From Eledone cirrhosa (lineage: Eukaryota), in assembly GCA_964016885.1 (NCBI GenBank), contig OZ024740.1, positions 33,604,001 to 33,668,000 on the forward strand: a stretch of 64,000 bases of DNA. The letters run 5' to 3'. The notes below the pieces were generated by a model, which saw only the letters and a program-made list of their open reading frames with translations, had not been told where the DNA came from and did no database searches. Below are positions 47,701-62,700 of the stretch, piece by piece. The position numbers and the translations under genes are program-made. Numbering within the stretch: position 1 is the stretch's first letter; the number at the start of each line of letters is the position of its first letter.

Positions 47701-50700
47701 TCTTTACTGCTACCTTCCAACTCTCTCTTACCAATAACCCTCTTTACTGCTATCTTCCAACTCTCTCTTACCATCAACCATCTTTACTGCTATCTTCCAA
47801 CTCTCTCTTACCATCAACCATCTTTACTGCTATCTTCCAACTCTCTCTTACCATCAACCATCTTTACTGCTATCTTCTAACTCTCTCTTACCATCAACCA
47901 TCTTTACTGCTACCTTCCAACTCTCTCTTACCATCAACCATCTTTACTGCTATCTTCTAACTCTCTCTCTTACCATCAACCATCTTTACTGCTATCTTCT
48001 AACTCTCTCTCTTACCATCAACCATCTTTACTGCTATCTTCCAACTGTCTCTTACCATCAACCATCTTTACTGCTATCTTCTAACTCTCTCTTACCATCA
48101 ACCATCTTTACTGCTATCTTCCAACTCTCTCTTACCATCAACCATCTTTACTGCTATCTTCCAACTCTCTCTTACCATCAACCATCTTTACTGCTATCTT
48201 CCAACTGTCTCTAACCATCAACCATCTTTACTGCTATCTTCCAACTCTCTCTTACCATCAACCATCTTTACTGCTATCTTCCAACGCTCTCTTACCATCA
48301 ACCATCTTTACTGCTATCTTCCAACTCTCTCTTACCAATAACCATCTTTACTGCTATCCTCTAACTCTCTCTTACCATCAACCATCTTTACTGCTATCTT
48401 CCAACTCTCTCTTACCGTCAACCATCTTTACTGCTATCTTCCAACTCTCTCTTACCAATAACCATCTTTACTGCTATCTTCCAACTCTCTCTTACCAATA
48501 ACCATCTTTACTGCCATCTTCCAACTCTCTCTTACCATCAACCATCTTTTCTGCTATCTTCCAACTCTCTCTCTTACCATCAACCCTCTTTACTGCTATC
48601 TTCCAACTCTCTCTTACCATCAACCATCTTTACTGCTATCTTCTAACTCTCTCTTACCATCAACCATCTTTACTGCTATCTTCCAACTCTCTCTCTTACC
48701 ATCAACCATCTTTACTGCTATCTTCTAACTCTCTCTTACCATCAACCATCTTTACTGCTATCTTCCAACTCTCTCTTACCATCAACCATCTTTACTGCTA
48801 TCTTCCAACTCTCTCTTACCATCAACCATCTTTACTGCTACCTTCCAACTCACTCTTACCATCAACCATCTTTACTGCTATCTTCCAACTCTCTCTTACC
48901 ATCAACCATCTTTACTGCTATCTTCCAACTCTCTCTTACCAATAACCATCTTTACTGCTATCTTCTAACTCTCTCTTACCATCAACTGTCTTTACTGCTA
49001 CCTTCCAACTCTCTCTTACCATCAACCATCTTTACTGCTATCTTCCAACTCTCTCTTACCATCAACCATCTTTACTGCTACCTTCCAACTCTCTCTTACC
49101 ATCAACCATCTTTACTGCTATCTTCCAACTCTCTCTTACCATCAACCATCTTTACTGCTATCTTCCAACTCTCTCTTACCATCAACCATCTTTACTGCTA
49201 TCTTCCAACTCTCTCTTACCAATAACCATCTTTACTGCTATCTTCTAACTCTCTCTTACCATCAACCATCTTTACTGCTATCTTCCAACTCTCTCTTACC
49301 AATAACCATCTTTACTGCCATCTTCCAACTCTCTCTTACCATCAACCATCTTTTCTGCTACCTTCCAACTCTCTCTCTTACCATCAACCATCTTTACTGC
49401 TATCTTCCCACTCTCTCTTACCATCAACCATCTTTACTGCTATCTTCTAACTCTCTCTTACCATCAACCATCTTTACTGCTATCTTCCAACTCTCTCTTA
49501 CCATCAACCATCTTTACTGCTATCTTCCAACTCTCTCTTACCATCAACCATCTTTACTGCTATCTTCCAACTCTCTCTTACCATCAATCATCTTTACTGC
49601 TATCTTCCAACTCTCTCTTACCGTCAACCATCTTTACTGCTACCTTCCAACTCTCACTTACCATCAACCATCTTTACTGCTATCTTCCAACTCTCTCTTA
49701 CCATCAACCATCTTTACTGCTATCTTCTAACTCTCTCTTACCATCAACCATCTTTACTGCTACCTTCCAACTCTCTCTTACCATCAACCATCTTTACTGC
49801 TATCTTCTAACTCTCTCTTACCATCAACCATCTTTACTGCTATCTTCTAACTCTCTCTTACCATCAACCATCTTTACTGCTATCTTCCAACTCTCTCTTA
49901 CCATCAACCATCTTTACTGCCATCTTCCAACTCTCTCTTACCATCAACCATCTTTACTGCTATCTTCCAACTCTCTCTTACCATCAACCATCTTTACTGC
50001 TACCTTCCAACTCTCTCTTACCAATAACCATCTTTACTGCTATCTTCTAACTCTCTCTTACCATCAACCATCTTTACTGCTACCTTCCAACTCTCTCTTA
50101 CCATCAACCATCTTTACTGCTAACTTCCAACTCTCTCTTACCAATAACCATCTTTACTGCTATCTTCTAACTCTCTCTCTTACCATCAACCATCTTTACT
50201 GCTATCTTCCAACTCTCTCTTACCATCAACCATCTTTACTGCTATCTTCCAACTCTCTCTTACCAATAACCCTCTTTACTGCTATCTTCTAACTCTCTCT
50301 TACCATCAACCATCTTTACTGCTATCTTCAAACTCTCTCTTACCATCAACCATCTTTACTGCTATCTTCCAACTCTCTCTCACCAATAACCATCTTTACT
50401 GCCATCTTCCAACTCTCTCTTACCATCAACCATCTTTTCTGCTATCTTCCAACTCTCTCTTACCAATAACCATCTTTACTGCTATCTTCCAACTCTCTCT
50501 CTTACCATCAACCATCTTTACTGCTATCTTCCAACCGTCTCTTACCATCAACCATCTTTACTGCTACCTTCCAACTCTCTCTTACCATCAACCATCTTTA
50601 CTGCTATCCTCTAACTCTCTCTTACCATCAACCATCTTTTCTGCTATCTTCCAACTCTCTCTCTTACCATCAACCATCTTTACTGCTATCTTCCAACTCT

Positions 50701-53700
50701 CTCTCTTACCATCTTTACTGCTATCTTCTAACTCTCTCTTACCATCAACCATCTTTACTGCTATCTTCCAACTCTCTCTCTTACCATCAACCATCTTTAC
50801 TGCTATCTTCTAACTCTCTCTTACCATCAACCATCTTTACTGCTATCTTCCAACTCTCTCTTACCATCAACCATCTTTACTGCTATCTTCCAACTCTCTC
50901 TTACCATCAACCATCTTTACTGATATCTTCCAACTCTCTCTTACCAATAACCATCTTTACTGCTATCTTCTAACTCTCTCTTACCAATAACCATCTTTAC
51001 TGCTATCTTCCAACTCTCTCTCTTACCATCAACCATCTTTACTGCTATCTTCCAACTCTCTCTTACCATCAACCATCTTTACTGATATCTTCCAACTCTC
51101 TCTTACCAATAACCATCTTTACTGATATCTTCCAACTCTCTCTTACCAATAACCATCTTTACTGCTATCTTCCAACTCTCTCTCTTACCATCAACCATCT
51201 TTACTGCTATCTTCCAACCGTCTCTTACCATCAACCATCTTTACTGCTACCTTCCAACTCTCTCTTACCATCAACCATCTTTACTGCTATCTTCTAACTC
51301 TCTCTTACCATCAACCATCTTTACTGCTATCTTCCAACTCTCTCTTACCATCAACCATCTTTACTGCTATCTTCCAACTGTCTCTTACCATCAACCATCT
51401 TTACTGCTATCTTCCAACTGTCTCTTACCATCAACCATCTTTACTGCTATCTTCCAACTCTCTCTTACCATCAACCATCTTTACTGCTATCTTCCAACTG
51501 TCTCTAACCATCAACCATCTTTACTGCTATCTTCCAACTCTCTCTTACCATCAACCATCTTTACTGCTATCTTCCAACGCTCTCTTACCATCAACCATCT
51601 TTACTGCTATCTTCCAACTCTCTCTTACCAATAACCATCTTTACTGCTATCCTCTAACTCTCTCTTACCATCAACCATCTTTACTGCTATCTTCCAACTC
51701 TCTCTTACCGTCAACCATCTTTACTGCTATCTTCCAACTCTCTCTTACCAATAACCATCTTTACTGCTATCTTCCAACTCTCTCTTACCAATAACCATCT
51801 TTACTGCCATCTTCCAACTCTCTCTTACCATCAACCATCTTTTCTGCTATCTTCCAACTCTCTCTCTTACCATCAACCCTCTTTACTGCTATCTTCCAAC
51901 TCTCTCTTACCATCAACCATCTTTACTGCTATCTTCTAACTCTCTCTTACCATCAACCATCTTTACTGCTATCTTCCAACTCTCTCTCTTACCATCAACC
52001 ATCTTTACTGCTATCTTCTAACTCTCTCTTACCATCAACCATCTTTACTGCTACCTTCCAACTCTCTCTTACCATCAACCATCTTTACTGCTATCTTCCA
52101 ACTCTCTCTTACCAATAACCATCTTTACTGCTATCTTCCAACTCTCTCTTACCATCAACCATCTTTACTGCTATTTTCCAACTCTCTCTTACCATCAACC
52201 ATCTTTACTGCTATCTTCCAACTCTCTCTTACCATCAACTATCTTTACTGCTATCTTCCAACTCTCTCTTACCATCAACCATCTTTACTGCTACCTTCCA
52301 AGTCTCTCTTACCATCAACCATCTTTACTGCTATCTTCCAACTCTCTCTTACCATCAACCATCTTTACTGCTATCTTCCAACTCTCTCTTACCATCAACT
52401 ATCTTTACTGCTATCTTCCAACTCTCTCTTACCATCAACCATCTTTACTGCTAACTTCCAACTCTCTCTTACCAATAACCATCTTTACTGCTATCTTCCA
52501 ACTCTCTCTTACCATCAACCATCTTTACTGCTATCTTCCAACTCTCTCTTACCATCAACCATCTTTACTGCTATCTTCCAACTCTCTCTTACCATCAACC
52601 ATCTTTACTGCTATCTTCCAACTCTCTCTTACCATCAACCATCTTTACTGCTATCTTCCAACTCTCTCTTACCATCAACCATCTTTACTGCTATCTTCCA
52701 ACTCTCTCTTACCATCAATCATCTTTACTGCTATCTTCCAACTCTCTCTTACCGTCAACCATCTTTACTGCTACCTTCCAACTCTCACTTACCATCAACC
52801 ATCTTTACTGCTATCTTCCAACTCTCTCTTACCATCAACCATCTTTACTGCTATCTTCCAACTCTCTCTTACCATCAACCATCTTTACTGCTATCTTCCA
52901 ACTCTCTCTTACCATCAACCATCTTTACTGCTATCTTCCAACTCTCTCTTACCATCAATCATCTTTACTGCTATCTTCCAACTCTCTCTTACCGTCAACC
53001 ATCTTTACTGCTACCTTCCAACTCTCACTTACCATCAACCATCTTTACTGCTATCTTCCAACTCTCTCTTACCATCAACCATCTTTACTGCTATCTTCCA
53101 ACTCTCTCTTACCATCAACCATCTTTACTGCTATCTTCCAACTCTCTCTTACCATCAACCATCTTTACTGCTATCTTCCAACTCTCTCTTACCATCAACC
53201 ATCTTTACTGCTATCTTCTAACTCTCTCTTACCATCAACCATCTTTACTGCTACCTTCCAACTCTCTCTTACCATCAACCATCTTTACTGCTATCTTCTA
53301 ACTCTCTCTTACCATCAACCATCTTTACTGCTATCTTCTAACTCTCTCTTACCATCAACCATCTTTACTGCTATCTTCCAACTCTCTCTTACCATCAACC
53401 ATCTTTACTGCCATCTTCCAACTCTCTCTTACCATCAACCATCTTTACTGCTATCTTCCAACTCTCTCTTACCATCAACCATCTTTACTGCTACCTTCCA
53501 ACTCTCTCTTACCAATAACCATCTTTACTGCTATCTTCTAACTCTCTCTTACCATCAACCATCTTTACTGCTACCTTCCAACTCTCTCTTACCATCAACC
53601 ATCTTTACTGCTAACTTCCAACTCTCTCTTACCAATAACCATCTTTACTGCTATCTTCTAACTCTCTCTCTTACCATCAACCATCTTTACTGCTATCTTC

Positions 53701-56700
53701 CAACTCTCTCTTACCATCAACCATCTTTACTGCTATCTTCCAACTCTCTCTTACCAATAACCCTCTTTACTGCTATCTTCTAACTCTCTCTTACCATCAA
53801 CCATCTTTACTGCTATCTTCAAACTCTCTCTTACCATCAACCATCTTTACTGCTATCTTCCAACTCTCTCTCACCAATAACCATCTTTACTGCCATCTTC
53901 CAACTCTCTCTTACCATCAACCATCTTTTCTGCTATCTTCCAACTCTCTCTTACCAATAACCATCTTTACTGCTATCTTCCAACTCTCTCTCTTACCATC
54001 AACCATCTTTACTGCTATCTTCCAACCGTCTCTTACCATCAACCATCTTTACTGCTACCTTCCAACTCTCTCTTACCATCAACCATCTTTACTGCTATCC
54101 TCTAACTCTCTCTTACCATCAACCATCTTTTCTGCTATCTTCCAACTCTCTCTCTTACCATCAACCATCTTTACTGCTATCTTCCAACTCTCTCTCTTAC
54201 CATCTTTACTGCTATCTTCTAACTATCTCTTACCATCAACCATCTTTACTGCTATCTTCCAACTCTCTCTCTTACCATCAACCATCTTTACTGCTATCTT
54301 CTAACTCTCTCTTACCATCAACCATCTTTACTGCTATCTTCCAACTCTCTCTTACCATCAACCATCTTTACTGCTATCTTCCAACTCTCTCTTACCATCA
54401 ACCATCTTTACTGATATCTTCCAACTCTCTCTTACCAATAACCATCTTTACTGCTATCTTCTAACTCTCTCTTACCAATAACCATCTTTACTGCTATCTT
54501 CCAACTCTCTCTCTTACCATCAACCATCTTTACTGCTATCTTCCAACTCTCTCTTACCATCAACCATCTTTACTGATATCTTCCAACTCTCTCTTACCAA
54601 TAACCATCTTTACTGATATCTTCCAACTCTCTCTTACCAATAACCATCTTTACTGCTATCTTCCAACTCTCTCTCTTACCATCAACCATCTTTACTGCTA
54701 TCTTCCAACCGTCTCTTACCATCAACCATCTTTACTGCTACCTTCCAACTCTCTCTTACCATCAACCATCTTTACTGCTATCTTCTAACTCTCTCTTACC
54801 ATCAACCATCTTTACTGCTATCTTCCAACTCTCTCTTACCATCAACCATCTTTACTGCTATCTTCCAACTGTCTCTTACCATCAACCATCTTTACTGCTA
54901 TCTTCCAACTGTCTCTTACCATCAACCATCTTTACTGCTATCTTCCAACTCTCTCTTACCATCAACCATCTTTACTGCTATCTTCCAACTGTCTCTAACC
55001 ATCAACCATCTTTACTGCTATCTTCCAACTCTCTCTTACCATCAACCATCTTTACTGCTATCTTCCAACGCTCTCTTACCATCAACCATCTTTACTGCTA
55101 TCTTCCAACTCTCTCTTACCAATAACCATCTTTACTGCTATCCTCTAACTCTCTCTTACCATCAACCATCTTTACTGCTATCTTCCAACTCTCTCTTACC
55201 GTCAACCATCTTTACTGCTATCTTCCAACTCTCTCTTACCAATAACCATCTTTACTGCTATCTTCCAACTCTCTCTTACCAATAACCATCTTTACTGCCA
55301 TCTTCCAACTCTCTCTTACCATCAACCATCTTTTCTGCTATCTTCCAACTCTCTCTCTTACCATCAACCCTCTTTACTGCTATCTTCCAACTCTCTCTTA
55401 CCATCAACCATCTTTACTGCTATCTTCTAACTCTCTCTTACCATCAACCATCTTTACTGCTATCTTCCAACTCTCTCTCTTACCATCAACCATCTTTACT
55501 GCTATCTTCTAACTCTCTCTTACCATCAACCATCTTTACTGCTACCTTCCAACTCTCTCTTACCATCAACCATCTTTACTGCTATCTTCCAACTCTCTCT
55601 TACCAATAACCATCTTTACTGCTATCTTCCAACTCTCTCTTACCATCAACCATCTTTACTGCTATTTTCCAACTCTCTCTTACCATCAACCATCTTTACT
55701 GCTATCTTCCAACTCTCTCTTACCATCAACTATCTTTACTGCTATCTTCCAACTCTCTCTTACCATCAACCATCTTTACTGCTACCTTCCAAGTCTCTCT
55801 TACCATCAACCATCTTTACTGCTATCTTCCAACTCTCTCTTACCATCAACCATCTTTACTGCTATCTTCCAACTCTCTCTTACCATCAACTATCTTTACT
55901 GCTATCTTCCAACTCTCTCTTACCATCAACCATCTTTACTGCTAACTTCCAACTCTCTCTTACCAATAACAGCTTTACTGCTATCTTCCAACTCTCTCTT
56001 ACCATCAACCATCTTTACTGCTATCTTCCAACTCTCTCTTACCATCAACCATCTTTACTGCTATCTTCCAACTCTCTCTTACCATCAACCATCTTTACTG
56101 CTATCTTCCAACTCTCTCTTACCATCAACCATCTTTACTGCTATCTTCCAACTCTCTCTTACCATCAACCATCTTTACTGCTATCTTCCAACTCTCTCTT
56201 ACCATCAATCATCTTTACTGCTATCTTCCAACTCTCTCTTACCGTCAACCATCTTTACTGCTACCTTCCAACTCTCACTTACCATCAACCATCTTTACTG
56301 CTATCTTCCAACTCTCTCTTACCATCAACCATCTTTACTGCTATCTTCCAACTCTCTCTTACCATCAACCATCTTTACTGCTATCTTCCAACTCTCTCTT
56401 ACCATCAACCATCTTTACTGCTATCTTCCAACTCTCTCTTACCATCAATCATCTTTACTGCTATCTTCCAACTCTCTCTTACCGTCAACCATCTTTACTG
56501 CTACCTTCCAACTCTCACTTACCATCAACCATCTTTACTGCTATCTTCCAACTCTCTCTTACCATCAACCATCTTTACTGCTATCTTCCAACTCTCTCTT
56601 ACCATCAACCATCTTTACTGCTATCTTCCAACTCTCTCTTACCATCAACCATCTTTACTGCTATCTTCCAACTCTCTCTTACCATCAACCATCTTTACTG

Positions 56701-59700
56701 CTATCTTCCAACTCTCTCTTACCAATAACCCTCTTTACTGCTATCTTCTAACTCTCTCTTACCATCAACCATCTTTACTGCTATCTTCCAACTCTCTCTT
56801 ACCAATAACCCTCTTTACTGCTATCTTCTAACTCTCTCTTACCATCAACCATCTTTACTGCTATCTTCCAACTCTCTCTTACCATCAACCATCTTTACTG
56901 CTATCTTCCAACTCTCTCTTACCATCAACCATCTTTACTGCTATCTTCCAACTCTCTCTTACCATCAACCATCTTTACTGCTATCTTCCAACTCTCTCTT
57001 ACCATCAACCATCTTTACTGCTATCTTCCAACTCTCTCTTACCATCAATCAACTTTACTGCTATCTTCCAACTCTCTCTTACCGTCAACCATCTTTACTG
57101 CTACCTTCCAACTCTCACTTACCATCAACCATCTTTACTGCTATCTTCCAACTCTCTCTTACCATCAACCATCTTTACTGCTATCTTCCAACTCTCTCTT
57201 ACCATCAACCATCTTTACTGCTATCTTCCAACTCTCTCTTACCATCAACCATCTTTACTGCTATCTTCCAACTCTCTCTTACCATCAATCATCTTTACTG
57301 CTATCTTCCAACTCTCTCTTACCGTCAACCATCTTTACTGCTACCTTCCAACTCTCACTTACCATCAACCATCTTTACTGCTATCTTCCAACTCTCTCTT
57401 ACCATCAACCATCTTTACTGCTATCTTCCAACTCTCTCTTACCATCAACCATCTTTACTGCTATCTTCCAACTCTCTCTTACCATCAACCATCTTTACTG
57501 CTATCTTCCAACTCTCTCTTACCATCAACAATCTTTACTGCTATCTTCCAACTCTCTCTTACCAATAACCCTCTTTACTGCTATCTTCTAACTCTCTCTT
57601 ACCATCAACCATCTTTACTGCTATCTTCCAACTCTCTCTTACCAATAACCCTCTTTACTGCTATCTTCTAACTCTCTCTTACCATCAACCATCTTTACTG
57701 CTATCTTCCAACTCTCTCTTACCATCAACCATCTTTACTGCTATCTTCCAACTCTCTCTTACCAATAACCCTCTTTACTGCTATCTTCTAACTCTCTCTT
57801 ACCATCAACCATCTTTACTGCTATCTTCCAACTCTCTCTTACCAATAACCCTCTTTACTGCTATCTTCTAACTCTCTCTTACCATCAACCATCTTTACTG
57901 CTATCTTCCAACTCTCTCTTACCAATAACCCTCTTTACTGCTACCTTCCAACTCTCACTTACCATCAACCATCTTTACTGCTATCTTCCAACTCTCTCTT
58001 ACCATCAACCATCTTTACTGCTATCTTCCAACTCTCTCTTACCAATAACCCTCTTTACTGCTATCTTCTAACTCTCTCTTACCATCAACCATCTTTACTG
58101 CTATCTTCCAACTCTCTCTTACCATCAACCATCTTTACTGCTATCTTCCAACTCTCTCTTACCATCAACCATCTTTACTGCTATCTTCCAACTCTCTCTT
58201 ACCAATAACCATCTTTACTGCTATCTTCTAACTCTCTCTTACCATCAACTGTCTTTACTGCTACCTTCCAACTCTCTCTTACCATCAACCATCTTTACTG
58301 CTATCTTCCAACTCTCTCTTACCATCAACCATCTTTACTGCTACCTTCCAACTCTCTCTTACCATCAACCATCTTTACTGCTATCTTCCAACTCTCTCTT
58401 ACCATCAACCATCTTTACTGCTATCTTCCAACTCTCTCTTACCATCAACCATCTTTACTGCTATCTTCCAACTCTCTCTTACCAATAACCATCTTTACTG
58501 CTATCTTCTAACTCTCTCTTACCATCAACCATCTTTACTGCTATCTTCCAACTCTCTCTTACCAATAACCATCTTTACTGCCATCTTCCAACTCTCTCTT
58601 ACCATCAACCATCTTTTCTGCTACCTTCCAACTCTCTCTCTTACCATCAACCATCTTTACTGCTATCTTCCCACTCTCTCTTACCATCAACCATCTTTAC
58701 TGCTATCTTCTAACTCTCTCTTACCATCAACCATCTTTACTGCTATCTTCCAACTCTCTCTTACCATCAACCATCTTTACTGCTATCTTCCAACTCTCTC
58801 TTACCAATAACCCTCTTTACTGCTATCTTCCAACTCTCTCTTACCATCAACCATCTTTACTGCTATCTTCCAACTCTCTCTTACCATCAACCATCTTTAC
58901 TGCTATCTTCCAACTCTCTCTTACCATCAACCATCTTTACTGCTATCTTCCAACTCTCTCTTACCATCAATCATCTTTACTGCTATCTTCCAACTCTCTC
59001 TTACCGTCAACCATCTTTACTGCTACCTTCCAACTCTCACTTACCATCAACCATCTTTACTGCTATCTTCCAACTCTCTCTTACCATCAACCATCTTTAC
59101 TGCTATCTTCCAACTCTCTCTTACCATCAACCATCTTTACTGCTATCTTCCAACTCTCTCTTACCATCAACCATCTTTACTGCTATCTTCCAACTCTCTC
59201 TTACCATCAACCATCTTTACTGCTATCTTCCAACTCTCTCTTACCAATAACCCTCTTTACTGCTATCTTCTAACTCTCTCTTACCATCAACCATCTTTAC
59301 TGCTATCTTCCAACTCTCTCTTACCAATAACCCTCTTTACTGCTATCTTCTAACTCTCTCTTACCATCAACCATCTTTACTGCTATCTTCCAACTCTCTC
59401 TTACCATCAATCATCTTTACTGCTATCTTCCAACTCTCTCTTACCGTCAACCATCTTTACTGCTACCTTCCAACTCTCACTTACCATCAACCATCTTTAC
59501 TGCTATCTTCCAACTCTCTCTTACCATCAACCATCTTTACTGCTATCTTCCAACTCTCTCTTACCATCAACCATCTTTACTGCTATCTTCCAACTCTCTC
59601 TTACCATCAACCATCTTTACTGCTATCTTCCAACTCTCTCTTACCATCAACCATCTTTACTGCTATCTTCCAACTCTCTCTTACCAATAACCCTCTTTAC

Positions 59701-62700
59701 TGCTATCTTCTAACTCTCTCTTACCATCAACCATCTTTACTGCTATCTTCCAACTCTCTCTTACCAATAACCCTCTTTACTGCTATCTTCTAACTCTCTC
59801 TTACCATCAACCATCTTTACTGCTATCTTCCAACTCTCTCTTACCATCAACCATCTTTACTGCTATCTTCCAACTCTCTCTTACCATCAACCATCTTTAC
59901 TGCTATCTTCCAACTCTCTCTTACCATCAACCATCTTTACTGCTATCTTCCAACTCTCTCTTACCATCAATCATCTTTACTGCTATCTTCCAACTCTCTC
60001 TTACCGTCAACCATCTTTACTGCTACCTTCCAACTCTCACTTACCATCAACCATCTTTACTGCTATCTTCCAACTCTCTCTTACCATCAACCATCTTTAC
60101 TGCTATCTTCCAACTCTCTCTTACCATCAACCATCTTTACTGCTACCTTCCAACTCTCTCTTACCATCAACCATCTTTACTGCTATCTTCCAACTCTCTC
60201 TTACCATCAACCATCTTTTCTGCTACCTTCCAACTCTCTCTCTTACCATCAACCATCTTTACTGCTATCTTCCCACTCTCTCTTACCATCAACCATCTTT
60301 ACTGCTATCTTCTAACTCTCTCTTACCATCAACCATCTTTACTGCTATCTTCCAACTCTCTCTTACCATCAATCATCTTTACTGCTATCTTCCAACTCTC
60401 TCTTACCTTCAACCATCTTTACTGCTACCTTCCAACTCTCACTTACCATCAACCATCTTTACTGCTATCTTCCAACTCTCTCTTACCATCAACCATCTTT
60501 ACTGCTATCTTCTAACTCTCTCTTACCATCAACCATCTTTACTGCTACCTTCCAACTCTCTCTTACCATCAACCATCTTTACTGCTATCTTCTAACTCTC
60601 TCTTACCATCAACCATCTTTACTGCTATCTTCTAACTCTCTCTTACCATCAACCATCTTTACTGCTATCTTCTAACTGTCTCTTACCATCAACCATCTTT
60701 ACTGCTACCTTCCAACTCTCTCTTACCAATAACCATCTTTACTGCTATCTTCTAACTCTCTCTCTTACCATCAACCATCTTTACTGCTATCTTCCAACTC
60801 TCTCTTACCATCAACCATCTTTACTGCTACCTTCCAACTCTCTCTTACCAATAACCATCTTTACTGCTATCTTCTAACTCTCTCTTACCATCAACCATCT
60901 TTACTGCTACCTTCCAACTCTCTCTTACCATCAACCATCTTTACTGCTAACTTCCAACTCTCTCTTACCAATAACCATCTTTACTGCTATCTTCTAACTC
61001 TCTCTCTTACCATCAACCATCTTTACTGCTATCTTCCAACTCTCTCTTACCATCAACCATCTTTACTGCTATCTTCCAACTCTCTCTTACCAATAACCCT
61101 CTTTACTGCTATCTTCTAACTCTCTCTTACCATCAACCATCTTTACTGCTATCTTCCAACTCTCTCTTACCAATAACCCTCTTTACTGCTATCTTCTAAC
61201 TCTCTCTTACCATCAACCATCTTTACTGCTATCTTCCAACTCTCTCTTACCAATAACCCTCTTTACTGCTACCTTCCAACTCTCACTTACCATCAACCAT
61301 CTTTACTGCTATCTTCCAACTCTCTCTTACCATCAACCATCTTTACTGCTATCTTCCAACTCTCTCTTACCAATAACCCTCTTTACTGCTATCTTCTAAC
61401 TCTCTCTTACCATCAACCATCTTTACTGCTATCTTCCAACTCTCTCTTACCATCAACCATCTTTACTGCTATCTTCCAACTCTCTCTTACCATCAACCAT
61501 CTTTACTGCTATCTTCCAACTCTCTCTTACCAATAACCATCTTTACTGCTATCTTCTAACTCTCTCTTACCATCAACTGTCTTTACTGCTACCTTCCAAC
61601 TCTCTCTTACCATCAACCATCTTTACTGCTATCTTCCAACTCTCTCTTACCATCAACCATCTTTACTGCTACCTTCCAACTCTCTCTTACCATCAACCAT
61701 CTTTACTGCTATCTTCCAACTCTCTCTTACCATCAACCATCTTTACTGCTATCTTCCAACTCTCTCTTACCATCAACCATCTTTACTGCTATCTTCCAAC
61801 TCTCTCTTACCAATAACCATCTTTACTGCTATCTTCTAACTCTCTCTTACCATCAACCATCTTTACTGCTATCTTCCAACTCTCTCTTACCAATAACCAT
61901 CTTTACTGCCATCTTCCAACTCTCTCTTACCATCAACCATCTTTTCTGCTACCTTCCAACTCTCTCTCTTACCATCAACCATCTTTACTGCTATCTTCCC
62001 ACTCTCTCTTACCATCAACCATCTTTACTGCTATCTTCTAACTCTCTCTTACCATCAACCATCTTTACTGCTATCTTCCAACTCTCTCTTACCATCAACC
62101 ATCTTTACTGCTATCTTCCAACTCTCTCTTACCAATAACCCTCTTTACTGCTATCTTCCAACTCTCTCTTACCATCAACCATCTTTACTGCTATCTTCCA
62201 ACTCTCTCTTACCATCAACCATCTTTACTGCTATCTTCCAACTCTCTCTTACCATCAACCATCTTTACTGCTATCTTCCAACTCTCTCTTACCATCAATC
62301 ATCTTTACTGCTATCTTCCAACTCTCTCTTACCGTCAACCATCTTTACTGCTACCTTCCAACTCTCACTTACCATCAACCATCTTTACTGCTATCTTCCA
62401 ACTCTCTCTTACCATCAACCATCTTTACTGCTATCTTCCAACTCTCTCTTACCATCAACCATCTTTACTGCTATCTTCCAACTCTCTCTTACCATCAACC
62501 ATCTTTACTGCTATCTTCCAACTCTCTCTTACCATCAACCATCTTTACTGCTATCTTCCAACTCTCTCTTACCAATAACCCTCTTTACTGCTATCTTCTA
62601 ACTCTCTCTTACCATCAACCATCTTTACTGCTATCTTCCAACTCTCTCTTACCAATAACCCTCTTTACTGCTATCTTCTAACTCTCTCTTACCATCAACC

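Noticed and set aside
50588-50794. 68-aa repetitive ORF in the satellite
   Set aside because: Chance open frame created by indel variants of the 40-bp unit.
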